In this document: piece by piece, positions 10,398 to 21,408 of the stretch
How the letters are laid out: the number at the start of each line of letters is the position of its first letter
Position numbering within the stretch: position 1 is the first letter of the stretch
IMG/VR virus record: IMGVR_UViG_3300033516_000105
Location: 1-29,795 of that record
DNA: 29,795 nucleotides
Source of the DNA: a virus
Lineage: Duplodnaviria > Caudoviricetes
Direction: 5' to 3' (one strand)
Program-made: the position numbers and the translations under genes
Notes under the pieces: generated by a model
What the model saw: the letters and a program-made list of their open reading frames with translations, nothing else
Told to the model about the DNA's origin: nothing
The model's database searches: none

Positions 10398-10408
10398 TAT
10401 CTTTTTGA

Positions 10409-12064
10409 TTAAAAACCTTGTGCTGGTGGTTGCGCTTGTGGTTGTGGTTGGCTTTGTGTTTGTGGTTGAACTTGACCACCTTGTGCTTGACCACCTTGAA
10501 CAATTGCCATTTTTTTCTGTTTATCCATTTCTTTATATCTATTATTTTCTGCAATATCATCATCTGTGAATTTCATAATTTTTCTAACTATTAATTCAAT
10601 ATGCAGATATGGAACTTGATTTCCTTCTGAATCTATTTCTTGTAAATTTGCAGTTAATGTAGAAGCAATTTCTGCTCTTTTTTGTAGATTTGTTAAATAA
10701 TTCCATTCTTCGAATAATTCATTTGAATAATATTTTAATTTTATATTTGATAAGAAATAATTATCATTCATCAATTCTGGAAAATCTAATATCATTTGTG
10801 TTCTTAGAGGTTTGATCATTATTTCCTTAAATATTGTTCTTATTCTCTTTATGAATGTATTAAATCTCAATTCATCTCTGGATATTTCTGATGCTGCAGA
10901 ATATACATTTCCACCACCAGTTGATTCATCAAATCTACCAAATGGAATTCTTGTTTCACGTTTTAAATTTTTATAAAACCATTGCAACATTATATCCTCA
11001 TTCAAATTTGTTCCATTAGTTGGAATTATATCAATTGTTGGTGTTCCAGCTTCACCAGATGGAAACCAAAAATCTTTACTATGTGGAATATCTCTTGCTC
11101 CATTTATTAATACTGTTCCCATAGTATCATCAAATGATATTTCCTCATGATATTCAGACATCAATTGTCTTATTTGTTGTTCTGCTTGTTGTCTGGTTAA
11201 ACCATTAACTGGAACTATAAATTTCTTATAAATTGCAGCCTGATTTATATTATAAAGCATTCTTGTTTGTTCAATCAATTTTAATTGATTATATGGTCTA
11301 ATTAATGGTTCAATGTATGATGTTTCTGAATATTCATTATTATTAGAATATGATATATAGATAAGTTGAACATCTAATAATATTTTTCTTCTCATTGGAT
11401 CATCTGGGTATATAATCCAAACCAAAGTATTTGTTTCTGGATCTGTTGCTGGTAATATTGTAATTGGATCTAATGGAATTAAATCTTTTACACTTTTCAT
11501 TTTACTATCAAAAACAATTTCAAAAGCAATATGACCATCAATCATTAAATTTTTTAAATAATTCCATGCTGTAATACCATCATTAAATCCAAAATTATAA
11601 TAAACCTTTTTAAAATTTTCAATATATTTTTGTCTAATTGTTTCATCCAATTCTTGTGGTAAATCTAATACTTGGCAAAAGAAATTATCCTCATCATAAC
11701 TAACACATTCATCACAAATGATATTTAGAAATTTTTTTATTTCATCTTTTATTGAATATTGTCTTAATATTTTTCTTTTATCTTCATATGTTCTATCTAA
11801 ATTAGCAAGAGATTTTCTACTAAGAATTTTTGAAATTACTCTTTTTGTGAAAAATTCATAATATGTTTGATATGAATCACTCTGTCCAACTGCATTTGTT
11901 GTTATATTATCGGTAACTGAATTTTGGGAAGTCATCATCATATCCTCATAATTCATACCAAAATTACTTAAATCTCTAAATATCTTATTAAAGAAACCTC
12001 TATTTTGTAAATTATTATTTGATATATTTTGATTTAATTGTAAATTTCTATTGTAACCAGACAT
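10409..12064 (-). CDS. Portal protein (T4 gp20-like)
   Basis: IDGHIAF, SYIEPLIRPYNQLKLIE, KDFWFP, RIPFGRF, EISRDELRFNTFIKRIR motifs; Q/P-rich tail. Confidence 0.92.
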   Translation of the reverse strand: MSGYNRNLQLNQNISNNNLQNRGFFNKIFRDLSNFGMNYEDMMMTSQNSVTDNITTNAVGQSDSYQTYYEFFTKRVISKILSRKSLANLDRTYEDKRKILRQYSIKDEIKKFLNIICDECVSYDEDNFFCQVLDLPQELDETIRQKYIENFKKVYYNFGFNDGITAWNYLKNLMIDGHIAFEIVFDSKMKSVKDLIPLDPITILPATDPETNTLVWIIYPDDPMRRKILLDVQLIYISYSNNNEYSETSYIEPLIRPYNQLKLIEQTRMLYNINQAAIYKKFIVPVNGLTRQQAEQQIRQLMSEYHEEISFDDTMGTVLINGARDIPHSKDFWFPSGEAGTPTIDIIPTNGTNLNEDIMLQWFYKNLKRETRIPFGRFDESTGGGNVYSAASEISRDELRFNTFIKRIRTIFKEIMIKPLRTQMILDFPELMNDNYFLSNIKLKYYSNELFEEWNYLTNLQKRAEIASTLTANLQEIDSEGNQVPYLHIELIVRKIMKFTDDDIAENNRYKEMDKQKKMAIVQGGQAQGGQVQPQTQSQPQPQAQPPAQGF

Positions 12065-12099
12065 AATATTAATTTTTCTTTTTATATATTAAAATATTA

Positions 12100-12819
12100 T
12101 TATTCAAATAATTTAAAATATTTTTCTAATTTTTTTAATTGTTTATAATAATCATCAGAATCTTCTTTATATGTATTTATAATATTTTCATATTCTTCTA
12201 ATAATTTTTGAATTTTTATTTTTTCAACCGATTCAGATAAACTATCATATACAATTTTTATATTTTTAGTATTGAATTTATTGAAATTTGTCATGATAAA
12301 TCTATATACAAAATTAGTTGATATTAAATAACATTCTTCTATTTTTAGTATATTAAATCCAGTTAAACAATATGTTAAATCATCTACATTTTTTGATAAT
12401 AATTGATATACAAAATCAAATGTTATTTTATTTAATGATTTTTCATTTTTAGCGATTGATAATTTTTCATTGTCTAATATAATTGAATTAAAACTTTCAA
12501 ATATCATATTAAAAAATAATATTCTTAATTTATAATTCATATGTGATATATTTATACAATATAAAACTTCTGGTGTGTATTCTTTTCTACTTGGTGGGTT
12601 TAATGAAAATATTGGTATCCAAATTCTATTTCCATTATAATTATATTTTATAAAATAAAAATTTCCTATTTTTATATCTTTAATATTTATCTTATCAATA
12701 TCAATTTTATTTGGTTTTTCAATTGATTTTAATATTAAATTGGTAGAATCATCAATATATTTATTGATATTTCCACCATTTAAATTAACTGAATTTGATA
12801 TTTTATCTTTTAGTTTCAT
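12100..12819 (-). CDS. Hypothetical protein (possibly gp2-like DNA end protector)
   Basis: Follows the gp4-like gene as gp2 does in T4; IKIGNFYFIKY loosely resembles the gp2 G-x-x-Y-x-F-x-Y segment. Weak. Confidence 0.35.
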   Translation of the reverse strand: MKLKDKISNSVNLNGGNINKYIDDSTNLILKSIEKPNKIDIDKINIKDIKIGNFYFIKYNYNGNRIWIPIFSLNPPSRKEYTPEVLYCINISHMNYKLRILFFNMIFESFNSIILDNEKLSIAKNEKSLNKITFDFVYQLLSKNVDDLTYCLTGFNILKIEECYLISTNFVYRFIMTNFNKFNTKNIKIVYDSLSESVEKIKIQKLLEEYENIINTYKEDSDDYYKQLKKLEKYFKLFE

Positions 12820-13363
12820 TTAAAACTCCCCATTCTTTTAATATATATTCATGAGCAACTTTAAATTCCATATTTCTTTTTTTACAAAATTCATCTGCTG
12901 CTTTCCATTTTATTAAATTTTTTTCAAATGTCTTTACTTGATATTCCCAATTTTCTAATGCTTTTCTTGAATTTTTTTCTGGTGGTAATATTTTTAATGA
13001 TCCATCAGAATCATAAATAATAAAATCTGGTTTATATTCTTTGAATGGTTTTATTTCTAAATAATATGTATTAAAATCATGTGGGTTTTTTGGATTTATT
13101 TTTTCAATATAAAAATCTGGAAAATATCTATGTGGTGTTAATTGACCAGCATCATTTTTTGCAAAATATTTCACTTCTGCTGTTTCTGAACCCCATTTTC
13201 TTATATCATTTGAATTATCACAATATATCATAAATTTTAATTCCCATGAACTTCTATATAAACATTCATTTAAATTTCCAATATATTTATCTACATTTTT
13301 GATTTGATATTTTCCTTTTGAATAATTTCTATTTCCAGAATTATTTAATATTGGTTTTCCCAT
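12803..13363 (-). CDS. Head completion nuclease (T4 gp4-like, TnsA-like fold)
   Basis: KGKY...KYIG, YRSSWELKFMIYCD, KWGSE, HRYFPDF, EIKP, NLIKWKAA. Confidence 0.9.
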   Translation of the reverse strand: MGKPILNNSGNRNYSKGKYQIKNVDKYIGNLNECLYRSSWELKFMIYCDNSNDIRKWGSETAEVKYFAKNDAGQLTPHRYFPDFYIEKINPKNPHDFNTYYLEIKPFKEYKPDFIIYDSDGSLKILPPEKNSRKALENWEYQVKTFEKNLIKWKAADEFCKKRNMEFKVAHEYILKEWGVLNETKR

Positions 13364-13380
13364 TTTTTATTTTATTAATT

Positions 13381-13776
13381 TTAAAGATTATGTAATCCTC
13401 TACCATCATTTGATCTATCAATTGATATGGTTTTATATTGATCTTTTTGACTATATTTTTTATTTAATAAAAGATTAAATCCTTCTGTTGAACCACGTTT
13501 GAAAATTTCGGTTATATATGGTAAAGATTTATTATATCTCCTTTCATCAAAGGATGACCATTTTTCAAACATTTTTATCAATCCTTGTTGATAACAATCC
13601 ATTTCATCATCTTTGCTTTTATACCTACTTTTTAATTTTGTATGTACTTTTTCAGATATTAGAATAAAGAAATTTTCTGCTCTCTTAGTTAAATATCCTT
13701 TTCCTTTTGATAAAACCAATTCATAAAACAAATCAGCATCATCAATATAAAAATTTTCTTGATTATTTTCTACCAT
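13381..13776 (-). CDS. Late-transcription sigma factor (gp55-like)
   Basis: YIDDADLFYEL...FILISEK...YKSKDDEMDCYQQG...WSSFD...YITEIFKR pattern of short phage sigma factors. Confidence 0.7.
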   Translation of the reverse strand: MVENNQENFYIDDADLFYELVLSKGKGYLTKRAENFFILISEKVHTKLKSRYKSKDDEMDCYQQGLIKMFEKWSSFDERRYNKSLPYITEIFKRGSTEGFNLLLNKKYSQKDQYKTISIDRSNDGRGLHNL

Positions 13777-13915
13777 ATTTTTTATTATTTTTTATTATTT
13801 CAAATTCCAAAAGCCATTAAAAATATGTAAAAATTTATATACCATTATATCTATTGATTTCCATTAATTAATGTTTTTAAAAATAAATTCATAAAAAGTT
13901 TATTATAAGTAAAAT

Positions 13916-13945
13916 AAAAAACCACTAAAATTACTTAGTGGTTTT
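13916..13945 (-). terminator. Intrinsic terminator after the 427-aa ORF
   Basis: AAAAAACCACTAA-AATTAC-TTAGTGGTTTT. Confidence 0.75.
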
Positions 13946-13966
13946 AAATATATTTAGTTTGGTAAA

Positions 13967-15250
13967 TTACTTAACCATTGACTTTCTTGTTGAAATTTTA
14001 TCATTTCTTATGATTGAAAGTTCTTTTTGTAGATTATGTTTTTCTAACAATAATAAATTAAATACATTTCTTAAATCAGTTGATTCATTTAATAATTCTT
14101 GTTGTTCAGATAACATATCAATTGATTCATTAACATCTTTTAATTTAATTTCAATTGTTTTTTCTTTTTCTTCTAAAGTTCTCAATTGTTTTAATTCGGT
14201 TGATAATTTATTTTCAAAGAAATATGAAATATCAAAATCAAATTCTCTTTGAATATCATGAATCAATTCTGTAACACTTTCAAATTGATAAAAATTTGAA
14301 CCAGTTCTTTTGTCTATTGTATATAAATAATTATTATTTTTATAATTAAAACAAAATGCTTCTAAATGTGGTTTTAAAGGATGTTCTAATTTTAAAGCAA
14401 TATCAAAATCCATAAATTTATCAATATTCAATCTATTAGTTTCACATAAGATATAATAATTTTTCTTTAATGGTGAAATAACTGGAGTATTGAAAATGGC
14501 TTCCAATGTTGTTTCTTTATCTAATTTTTCATCATTCAAATAAATTGAACCATCTTTTGATGAAATACCAATATTTAAATATTCATCAATTTTATAAGAA
14601 ATTTTATCAGAATTTATATCTGCAATTTTCATAATTTGTTCTAAAATTCTAATCTCTCTTATTTTATCATCACTTTTGATATATTCATCAGCTACTACTG
14701 GTTTAATTTCTTTTTCATTAACTAAAAACCATCTATCACCAACATACACAATACTACCTTCTTCTACTTTTTCAGCAATTGTATATACATTATGTCCTTT
14801 ACCATTTCTTGTAATGTTTTGAATTTCCATAGGATTTTTTGATAATTTTGCCAAATATCCTTTAACTTCTGGAATCCAATCATAAATTGATAAATTATTA
14901 ACAATAGCTTCCATTCTTTGTTCATCACCATCTAAATTAATAATTTCTAATAATGTCACCAATGATGGTCTATACAATTCACCATGATTTTTTCTTTCCA
15001 CTTTTTTATACAAATCTTTCAAATCATATACTAATGGCTTTGAACCAATTTCTTCATGAACACTTTCTAAAAATGAAACCACTGATGGATCATAAGTATA
15101 AGAATGTAAGTCCTTTTTCAACCCTTCATTAATTTCAACTTCAGATAAACTGTCAAAATTTTCTAAATAAAGAGAACAAATTTTTGATTCATTCAATTGA
15201 TCAATTCTAAGATTGTTTCTTAAATTGAATAACGATAATTTTATATTCAT
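13967..15250 (-). CDS. Hypothetical protein with C-terminal coiled coil (possible prohead core/structural protein)
   Basis: 427-aa ORF preceded by the AATATATA motif; several [LIV]NE/FLE motifs; heptad-like C-terminus. Confidence 0.55.
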   Translation of the reverse strand: MNIKLSLFNLRNNLRIDQLNESKICSLYLENFDSLSEVEINEGLKKDLHSYTYDPSVVSFLESVHEEIGSKPLVYDLKDLYKKVERKNHGELYRPSLVTLLEIINLDGDEQRMEAIVNNLSIYDWIPEVKGYLAKLSKNPMEIQNITRNGKGHNVYTIAEKVEEGSIVYVGDRWFLVNEKEIKPVVADEYIKSDDKIREIRILEQIMKIADINSDKISYKIDEYLNIGISSKDGSIYLNDEKLDKETTLEAIFNTPVISPLKKNYYILCETNRLNIDKFMDFDIALKLEHPLKPHLEAFCFNYKNNNYLYTIDKRTGSNFYQFESVTELIHDIQREFDFDISYFFENKLSTELKQLRTLEEKEKTIEIKLKDVNESIDMLSEQQELLNESTDLRNVFNLLLLEKHNLQKELSIIRNDKISTRKSMVK

Positions 15251-15337
15251 ATTTTTTAATTGTTTTTTGTTATATTTTGCATGATTTTGTCATAAAAATA
15301 TATTTGTAAATATATATTTAAATAATTTTATCATTTT

Positions 15338-16045
15338 TTACCAATTATTATTTTTATCTATATTAATAGTTTTTTCTTTATTATAAATCAAAATATAATT
15401 ATGATTAACTTTAGTTTTAAAATAAGAATAATATTTATCTTTTAATGGTTTTAAATTTCCTTTGAAATCTGCATTTCCATTTGAATATAATTTGATATCA
15501 ATTTCTCCAATATTTTGATAATCTGAAATTTTATTACTAAATTCCAATGCCTTTTTATTATATACCAATTCATATAATGTTTCAAATTTATATCTATCAA
15601 AATATTCTCCAAATCTTAATTTTAAAATATTTTTATCTAAATCATAATAAAATATTCTTGTTCCTGGACGTAATTCTGGACATCCATATTTTTCTCTAAA
15701 ATCTACATATTTTTTTATATCAGAAAATGATGGAATACTGTATGGAGAAGAAACAAAATCATTTTCAATCAATGAAAATCTATTAGCCAATTCAAATATT
15801 TTATCATCAGAATTAAATTTAGAAAAATAATTTCTACATATAGTATGGATTTTTTCATAATCTTTTTCATTTTTTATTAAATCTTTCAATTCACTACCTT
15901 TCAGCTCAATGTTTAATTTATTTTCTTTTCTTATTATATGATCTATTTTTTTATTATGAAATTCATATTCATTAATATAACCAAATCCTTCATCATATAA
16001 AACAGAAATATATTCTTTCAATTCTTTTTCATTTTTAATTTTCAT
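15338..16045 (-). CDS. Hypothetical protein
   Basis: 235-aa ORF, no recognised motif. Confidence 0.6.
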   Translation of the reverse strand: MKIKNEKELKEYISVLYDEGFGYINEYEFHNKKIDHIIRKENKLNIELKGSELKDLIKNEKDYEKIHTICRNYFSKFNSDDKIFELANRFSLIENDFVSSPYSIPSFSDIKKYVDFREKYGCPELRPGTRIFYYDLDKNILKLRFGEYFDRYKFETLYELVYNKKALEFSNKISDYQNIGEIDIKLYSNGNADFKGNLKPLKDKYYSYFKTKVNHNYILIYNKEKTINIDKNNNW

Positions 16046-16094
16046 GATTTTTAATAATTATTTTTAAATATATATTTAAAAATAATTATTAAAA

Positions 16095-16472
16095 ATGATA
16101 ACAAATTATTCAACATTTATAAACGAAAATATTCATACTGGAAAACTATATTCTAAAAATATTTATTTTAATTTAAAAGATGTAATAAATGAAAAATGGA
16201 AAGATATTGATATAATATCTGAAAATGGACTTTATTGTATTAAATTCTCTACATCTGAATATAGAGTTAGTGTCTATTATAAAATAGATCCAAAAACAAA
16301 CAAAGAAAAATTATTTATAGCAGATGTTGATGTTGATACATTTTGGAAAAAATTAGTAATTGAAATGAAAAATTATGTAAATTATACAAATTCTGTAACA
16401 TTTAAACATATACCAACAATAATTAAAGAAGAATTGGCAACTGAATTAAAAACTGCTGAATATGGATTTTAA
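16095..16472 (+). CDS. Hypothetical protein with CTS-like N-terminus and EYGF C-terminal tag
   Basis: MITNYSTFINEN...IPTIIKEELATELKTAEYGF. Confidence 0.6.
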   Translation: MITNYSTFINENIHTGKLYSKNIYFNLKDVINEKWKDIDIISENGLYCIKFSTSEYRVSVYYKIDPKTNKEKLFIADVDVDTFWKKLVIEMKNYVNYTNSVTFKHIPTIIKEELATELKTAEYGF

Positions 16473-17290
16473 TTATTAATATAATTAATTAACCTATTCA
16501 TTAATTTTTCTGCTATATTATTAATATAATCCAATTTTTCAAAATTTGCAGTATAATAATCTTTATTTTCATTTAAATACAAACATTCTACTAAATTATC
16601 TGGAACATATATTCCAGAATATTTACATTGTATAACTATCGGTTGAATTGAACTATGTGGATCCAATTCTTTATTAATATCATATGATTTTGGTAGTTCT
16701 CTATCATTATAATCAGTTGCACCATTATCTCCATGAATTAAAAATGATCCATATTTTCCTTCGTAATGATTTTTCATATATTTATTATAAATTCCACTTT
16801 TAAAAATTTTTCCAGTTATTTCTGAATTTTTAACATCATCTTTTAATAACTCTGAAGCTTTTTCTGTGGTTAATGTTAAATTAATACAAACTAATCTATC
16901 AAACATTGCTTTAACTTGTGTTGATACTGATTGCCAATGTATTGGTGATAAAACAAAAAATCCATCACACCATTTTAATTTTTCATATATATCATGTTCA
17001 TACATCAAATCTGGTTTGTTATCATCTCCTTTAAAATAACATGAACATGGATAAGTGCAATGAATACCACCAGCAGTTGAAATACAACCTTTACATGGTT
17101 GTATGATAGGTGTTTCATTTCTAACAGATAAATCAATCAATTGTATATCAACAAATCCATTAAATTTATTAATTAAATTTTTAACAATTTTCATAGTTTT
17201 TCCTTCGAAATTTGGACAATTATCAACCACTCTTGGTGATCCTTGAATTAACACTATTTTTGGTTTTTTGCTATATTTTACTATTTCCAT
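16469..17290 (-). CDS. Flavodoxin-like / iron-sulfur flavoprotein (NAD(P)H-dependent FMN reductase family)
   Basis: IQGSPR, PCKGC...CTYPCSC, DGFFVLSPIHWQSVSTQVKAMFDRL. Confidence 0.85.
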   Translation of the reverse strand: MEIVKYSKKPKIVLIQGSPRVVDNCPNFEGKTMKIVKNLINKFNGFVDIQLIDLSVRNETPIIQPCKGCISTAGGIHCTYPCSCYFKGDDNKPDLMYEHDIYEKLKWCDGFFVLSPIHWQSVSTQVKAMFDRLVCINLTLTTEKASELLKDDVKNSEITGKIFKSGIYNKYMKNHYEGKYGSFLIHGDNGATDYNDRELPKSYDINKELDPHSSIQPIVIQCKYSGIYVPDNLVECLYLNENKDYYTANFEKLDYINNIAEKLMNRLINYINN

Positions 17291-17293
17291 ATA

Positions 17294-18199
17294 TTATACA
17301 TTATATTTATTCCATTTGTCGATATCTGGTTTTCCATCTAGTTTTTTAGGTTTATCTACAGGATAATCATTTAAACTATAATAATAATTATTCCAAAAAA
17401 CTCTATTAAAATTACAACTATATCCTTTCTGACCATGTGCTTTATAATATTCTTCTATTGAATTACAAAAATCATCAGTTGGTTTTGGAATTCCTATAAA
17501 ATCCCAATCAATCTCACCATCATTTGAACATGGTTCTAAATCATCAGAATTAACTTTAAAAATTGGATAATAGGTTTCAACATTAATTGAAAATGTTAAT
17601 TTTTTGTATCTACTTTCAGTTGTCATTGAATCTTCTCTGTTTATTTCAATTTGAAAATCATCTGGTAATTTAAAATATGAATCAATATTCAATCCATAAT
17701 AATTAAATCTAAAAAATTGATAATTAAAATAAGTATCCATTATTTTTTGAATACATAAATCAGCATCTCTTTCTGTAGCTAATTTTATTTCAAAATTATA
17801 TGTTATTGATATTGGAGTAGCCTTTACTTTTGATATTATTTTTCTAATTTCATCATTTATATCCACTGTTTGTGATAGATATTGATTTGGATTTGCAAAT
17901 TCACCACTTTTAATATTAAGAACATTAAATGTAATAATTCCTCTTGGAATTTGATCTGTATTTAATTCAATTCTTTTATCTAATGTATCATCAACAAATG
18001 CATCTAATACAAATCTTTCATCACCAACCAATGATAAATAAAAAGGAACTAATACTCTAATTTTTTCACCATCTTCAAATCTATTAATCCATCGAATGGA
18101 TTTAGACCAAACTCTACAAACAGAAAGACCACAACTTCTTATAAATACATTATCATAATTTGTTATATTATTAATTTGATTATTATAATTTGAATCCAT
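17294..18199 (-). CDS. Tail terminator / sheath stabiliser (T4 gp15-like)
   Basis: VPFY, IPRG, PISITYNFEIK...DADLCIQKIMDTYF resembles the gp15 PYxxxFELxI...DxxQIxEQILPYF segment. Confidence 0.65.
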   Translation of the reverse strand: MDSNYNNQINNITNYDNVFIRSCGLSVCRVWSKSIRWINRFEDGEKIRVLVPFYLSLVGDERFVLDAFVDDTLDKRIELNTDQIPRGIITFNVLNIKSGEFANPNQYLSQTVDINDEIRKIISKVKATPISITYNFEIKLATERDADLCIQKIMDTYFNYQFFRFNYYGLNIDSYFKLPDDFQIEINREDSMTTESRYKKLTFSINVETYYPIFKVNSDDLEPCSNDGEIDWDFIGIPKPTDDFCNSIEEYYKAHGQKGYSCNFNRVFWNNYYYSLNDYPVDKPKKLDGKPDIDKWNKYNV

Positions 18200-18242
18200 T
18201 TTTTAAATTGCATTTTTATTTATATATAAAAATAAAAAAATC

Positions 18243-19028
18243 ATGAAAAATATAAATATTTTATTTAAATTATTTAAGCATAATATTGAAAATATCAAAG
18301 AAATAATTCAAAAAATAATTAATAATATTGATGAAAATATTAAAATAACTGAGTATTTAGGTAGTGGTGTTATGGGTTATTCCTTTTCAACAAATTTAAA
18401 CACTGTTATAAAAATAACCACCGATGATTTCGAAGCAATAAATTCACAATACCTAATAAATAATAAATTGAAAAATTTTGCAAAATATTATTGGGTTTAT
18501 AAAATAAATATTTTAGATTTTATTGAAACTGATAATAATGAAATAATTGAAAATAAATTTATCTATATTTTAAATATGGAAAAATTAAAGATGTTAAACG
18601 AAACTGAAAAAGAAATTACTTGGTTATTAAATAAAAGATTTTTTGAATCTAAAAAAGATAAATATTTAGTTGGATTTTTTGTTAATGATTTTAAATATGA
18701 TGAGTTTGTTAAAATAAATGATTTAAACAAATTAAAAATATTATATGAACATATAAAAACAAATGATATTAATAAATCATATCATTTTGAATTATCAAAT
18801 AAAACTATTGGAAATTTTTCATTTAATAAAAAAATAATTAATAACATATCCTTTGATGAGTTGAAAAATATCTATGATATAATGTTAAAAATATATAAAG
18901 AAGCAAATGAAAATAATATGTTTATTATTGATTTACATTGTGGAAATTTAGGTTATAATGATTTTGGAATGGTATCCTTTGATGTTGGAGTTTATTCAAA
19001 ATTTGATATACAAATAGAAGAAAAATAA
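18243..19028 (+). CDS. Protein kinase-like (PKL-fold) protein
   Basis: Gly loop YLGSGVMG, VIK lysine, helix-C Glu (DDFEA), catalytic loop DLHCGN, metal-binding FDVG. Confidence 0.75.
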   Translation: MKNINILFKLFKHNIENIKEIIQKIINNIDENIKITEYLGSGVMGYSFSTNLNTVIKITTDDFEAINSQYLINNKLKNFAKYYWVYKINILDFIETDNNEIIENKFIYILNMEKLKMLNETEKEITWLLNKRFFESKKDKYLVGFFVNDFKYDEFVKINDLNKLKILYEHIKTNDINKSYHFELSNKTIGNFSFNKKIINNISFDELKNIYDIMLKIYKEANENNMFIIDLHCGNLGYNDFGMVSFDVGVYSKFDIQIEEK

Positions 19029-19055
19029 AAAAGGTGGAAAAATTTCCACCTTTTT
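19028..19055. terminator. Bidirectional intrinsic terminator between kinase and dnaK
   Basis: AAAAAGGTGGAAA-AA-TTTCCACCTTTTT between convergent genes. Confidence 0.9.
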
Positions 19056-19059
19056 ATTT

Positions 19060-20922
19060 TTATTTAACTTCATCAAAATTGACATCTTTAACTTCTTCTT
19101 TATTTTCAGTTTTTTGTTCTGAATTTGGTTGATATAAATTTTGTGATATTGTATGCCACTTTTCAGTTAATTCAGTGGTTAATTTATCAACATCCTCTAT
19201 ATTTTTAGAAGCATGTGCAACTTTTAATTTAGAAACAACATCAGACAATTCAGTTTTTTGTGAATCTGATAATTTATCACCAAATTCTTTAATTTGTTTT
19301 TCAGTGCTAAAAATTAATGAATCAGCAGAATTCAATTTATCAATTAATTCTTTTTCCTTTTTGTCGTTTTGTTCATTTTGTTTTGCTTCTTCTTTCATTT
19401 TTTCAATTTCATCCTTATTCAAATTTGATGAACCTTCTACTCTAATTGAATTAACTTTTCCAGTTGCTTTATCTTTTGCAGAAACTTCTAAAATTCCATT
19501 AGCATTTATTGAAAATTGAATTTCAATTTGTGGAACACCTCTTGGTGATGACATAATACCTTCCAAATGAAACCTACCCAAAGTTTTATTATCTTTTACC
19601 ATTGGTCTTTCACCTTGTAATATATGAACTTCCACCGAAGGTTGATTATCAGAAGCTGTTGAAAATGTTTCTGCTTTTGATACTGGAATAGTTGTATTTG
19701 ATTCAATCATTCTTGTCATAACTCCACCCATAGTTTCAATTCCAATTGTTAATGGAATGACATCCAATAACAAAATATCATTAATTGATCCAGTCAAAAC
19801 AGCACCTTGAATTGCAGCACCAACAGCTACAGATTCATCTGGATTTATTGATTTGTTTGGTTCTTTTCCAAATATTTTCTTTACAGTTTCTTGTACAATT
19901 GGAATTCTTGTTGATCCACCAACCAATAATACTTCATCAATTTCACTAACATCAATACCAGAATCCTTAATTGCCTTTTCACAAGGTGTAATTAATTTTT
20001 GAATATATTTATCAATTAATTTTTCAAATTGACTTCTTGTTAATGATTTATTAAAATGTGTTGGAATATTATCAACCACAGTAATATATGGTAAATTAAT
20101 ATCACTACTACTTGAACTCGATAATTCAATCTTAGTTTTTTCTGCTGCTTCTCTCAATCTTTGCAATGCAAGTTGATCTTTTTTCAAATCAATTGTAGGA
20201 TAATCTTTCTTAAATTCTTCTACAATCCAATTAATTATTTCCTCATCAAATACATCACCACCTAAGAAAATATCACCATTTGTTGATTTTACTTCATATA
20301 CACCATCACCAATTTCTAATATTGAAATATCAAATGTAGAACCACCAAGGTCAAATACTGCAATTTTTTTATCACCTTTCTTATCATCACCATATGCAAG
20401 TGATGCTGCAGTAGGTTCATTTATAATTCTAAGAACTTCTAATCCAGCAATTTCACCAGCTTCCTTTGTTGCAGTTCTTTCTGAATCATTGAAATATGCT
20501 GGAACTGTAATGACTGCTTTTTTAATAGATTTTCCTAAATAATCTTCTGCTGTCTTTTTCATCTTCTGAAGTATCATAGCAGAAATTTCTTGTGGTGTAT
20601 ATTTCTTTCCTTCTATTTCAACCAAACAATTTCCACCATCTCCTTTTACCACCTTATATGGCAATGTAGATAAATGATTCTTATCCAAATCATCATACTT
20701 TTTTCCAATTAATCTTTTAATTGAAAAAACTGTATTTGGATTCACTGACATTTGTCTTTTTGCTGGATCACCAATTTTTCTATCATTATCCTTAAAAGAT
20801 ACAATAGAAGGTGTTGTTCTTTTACCCTCTGAATTGATAATCACAACAGGCTGACCACCCTCAATAACACATACACAGGAATTAGTACTTCCCAAATCTA
20901 TTCCAATAATTGTCTCACTCAT
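19060..20922 (-). CDS. dnaK: Hsp70 chaperone DnaK
   Basis: [47 protein letters not shown] linker, [15 protein letters not shown]. Confidence 0.97.
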   Translation of the reverse strand: MSETIIGIDLGSTNSCVCVIEGGQPVVIINSEGKRTTPSIVSFKDNDRKIGDPAKRQMSVNPNTVFSIKRLIGKKYDDLDKNHLSTLPYKVVKGDGGNCLVEIEGKKYTPQEISAMILQKMKKTAEDYLGKSIKKAVITVPAYFNDSERTATKEAGEIAGLEVLRIINEPTAASLAYGDDKKGDKKIAVFDLGGSTFDISILEIGDGVYEVKSTNGDIFLGGDVFDEEIINWIVEEFKKDYPTIDLKKDQLALQRLREAAEKTKIELSSSSSSDINLPYITVVDNIPTHFNKSLTRSQFEKLIDKYIQKLITPCEKAIKDSGIDVSEIDEVLLVGGSTRIPIVQETVKKIFGKEPNKSINPDESVAVGAAIQGAVLTGSINDILLLDVIPLTIGIETMGGVMTRMIESNTTIPVSKAETFSTASDNQPSVEVHILQGERPMVKDNKTLGRFHLEGIMSSPRGVPQIEIQFSINANGILEVSAKDKATGKVNSIRVEGSSNLNKDEIEKMKEEAKQNEQNDKKEKELIDKLNSADSLIFSTEKQIKEFGDKLSDSQKTELSDVVSKLKVAHASKNIEDVDKLTTELTEKWHTISQNLYQPNSEQKTENKEEVKDVNFDEVK

Positions 20923-20952
20923 AATACTTTACATTTTGTTTTTAGTTAATAT

Positions 20953-21363
20953 TTATTTTATTTCAATATATTTTTTCTTATTTTCCTCAATTTTTTCTTT
21001 TATTTGAATTGTAAGAATTCCATCTTTACATTCTGCTTTTATATCTTCCTCAGATATATTTTTTGGTAAAATAAACTTTCTTGAAAATTTTTCATTTTTA
21101 AATTCTCTAAAAGTATAGTTTTTACTTTCATTTTTATCAGAATTTTCACCAGAAACAACCAAATATTCATTATCAATTTGAATTTTGATATCTTCTTTTT
21201 TAAAACCTGGTACTTGCATTTCAAGAAGCCAATCTTTTTCATTTTTACTAACATTTGTTGATTTTAAACCATCATTCAAAAAACCAGTTTTGAAAATTGT
21301 TAAATCCTCATCATTGAAAAATTTTTCTAAAAAATTTTCATTAAATTTAATTAAATTCCTCAT
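20953..21363 (-). CDS. Small heat-shock protein (Hsp20/alpha-crystallin)
   Basis: VPGFKKEDIKI...LVVSGE...FSRKFILP...IKAECKDGILTI. Confidence 0.93.
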   Translation of the reverse strand: MRNLIKFNENFLEKFFNDEDLTIFKTGFLNDGLKSTNVSKNEKDWLLEMQVPGFKKEDIKIQIDNEYLVVSGENSDKNESKNYTFREFKNEKFSRKFILPKNISEEDIKAECKDGILTIQIKEKIEENKKKYIEIK

Positions 21364-21408
21364 ATTCTATAAAATTATTTTTTAAGTTTTTAAACTGGAA
21401 ATAATTAT

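Noticed and set aside
780-21385. Short nested or antisense ORFs (780, 3223, 3336, 5604, 6100, 7105, 7168, 9028, 9302, 10378, 13938, 19175, 21039, 21185)
   Set aside because: Shadow frames of well-supported genes or of repeats, with no recognisable motifs.
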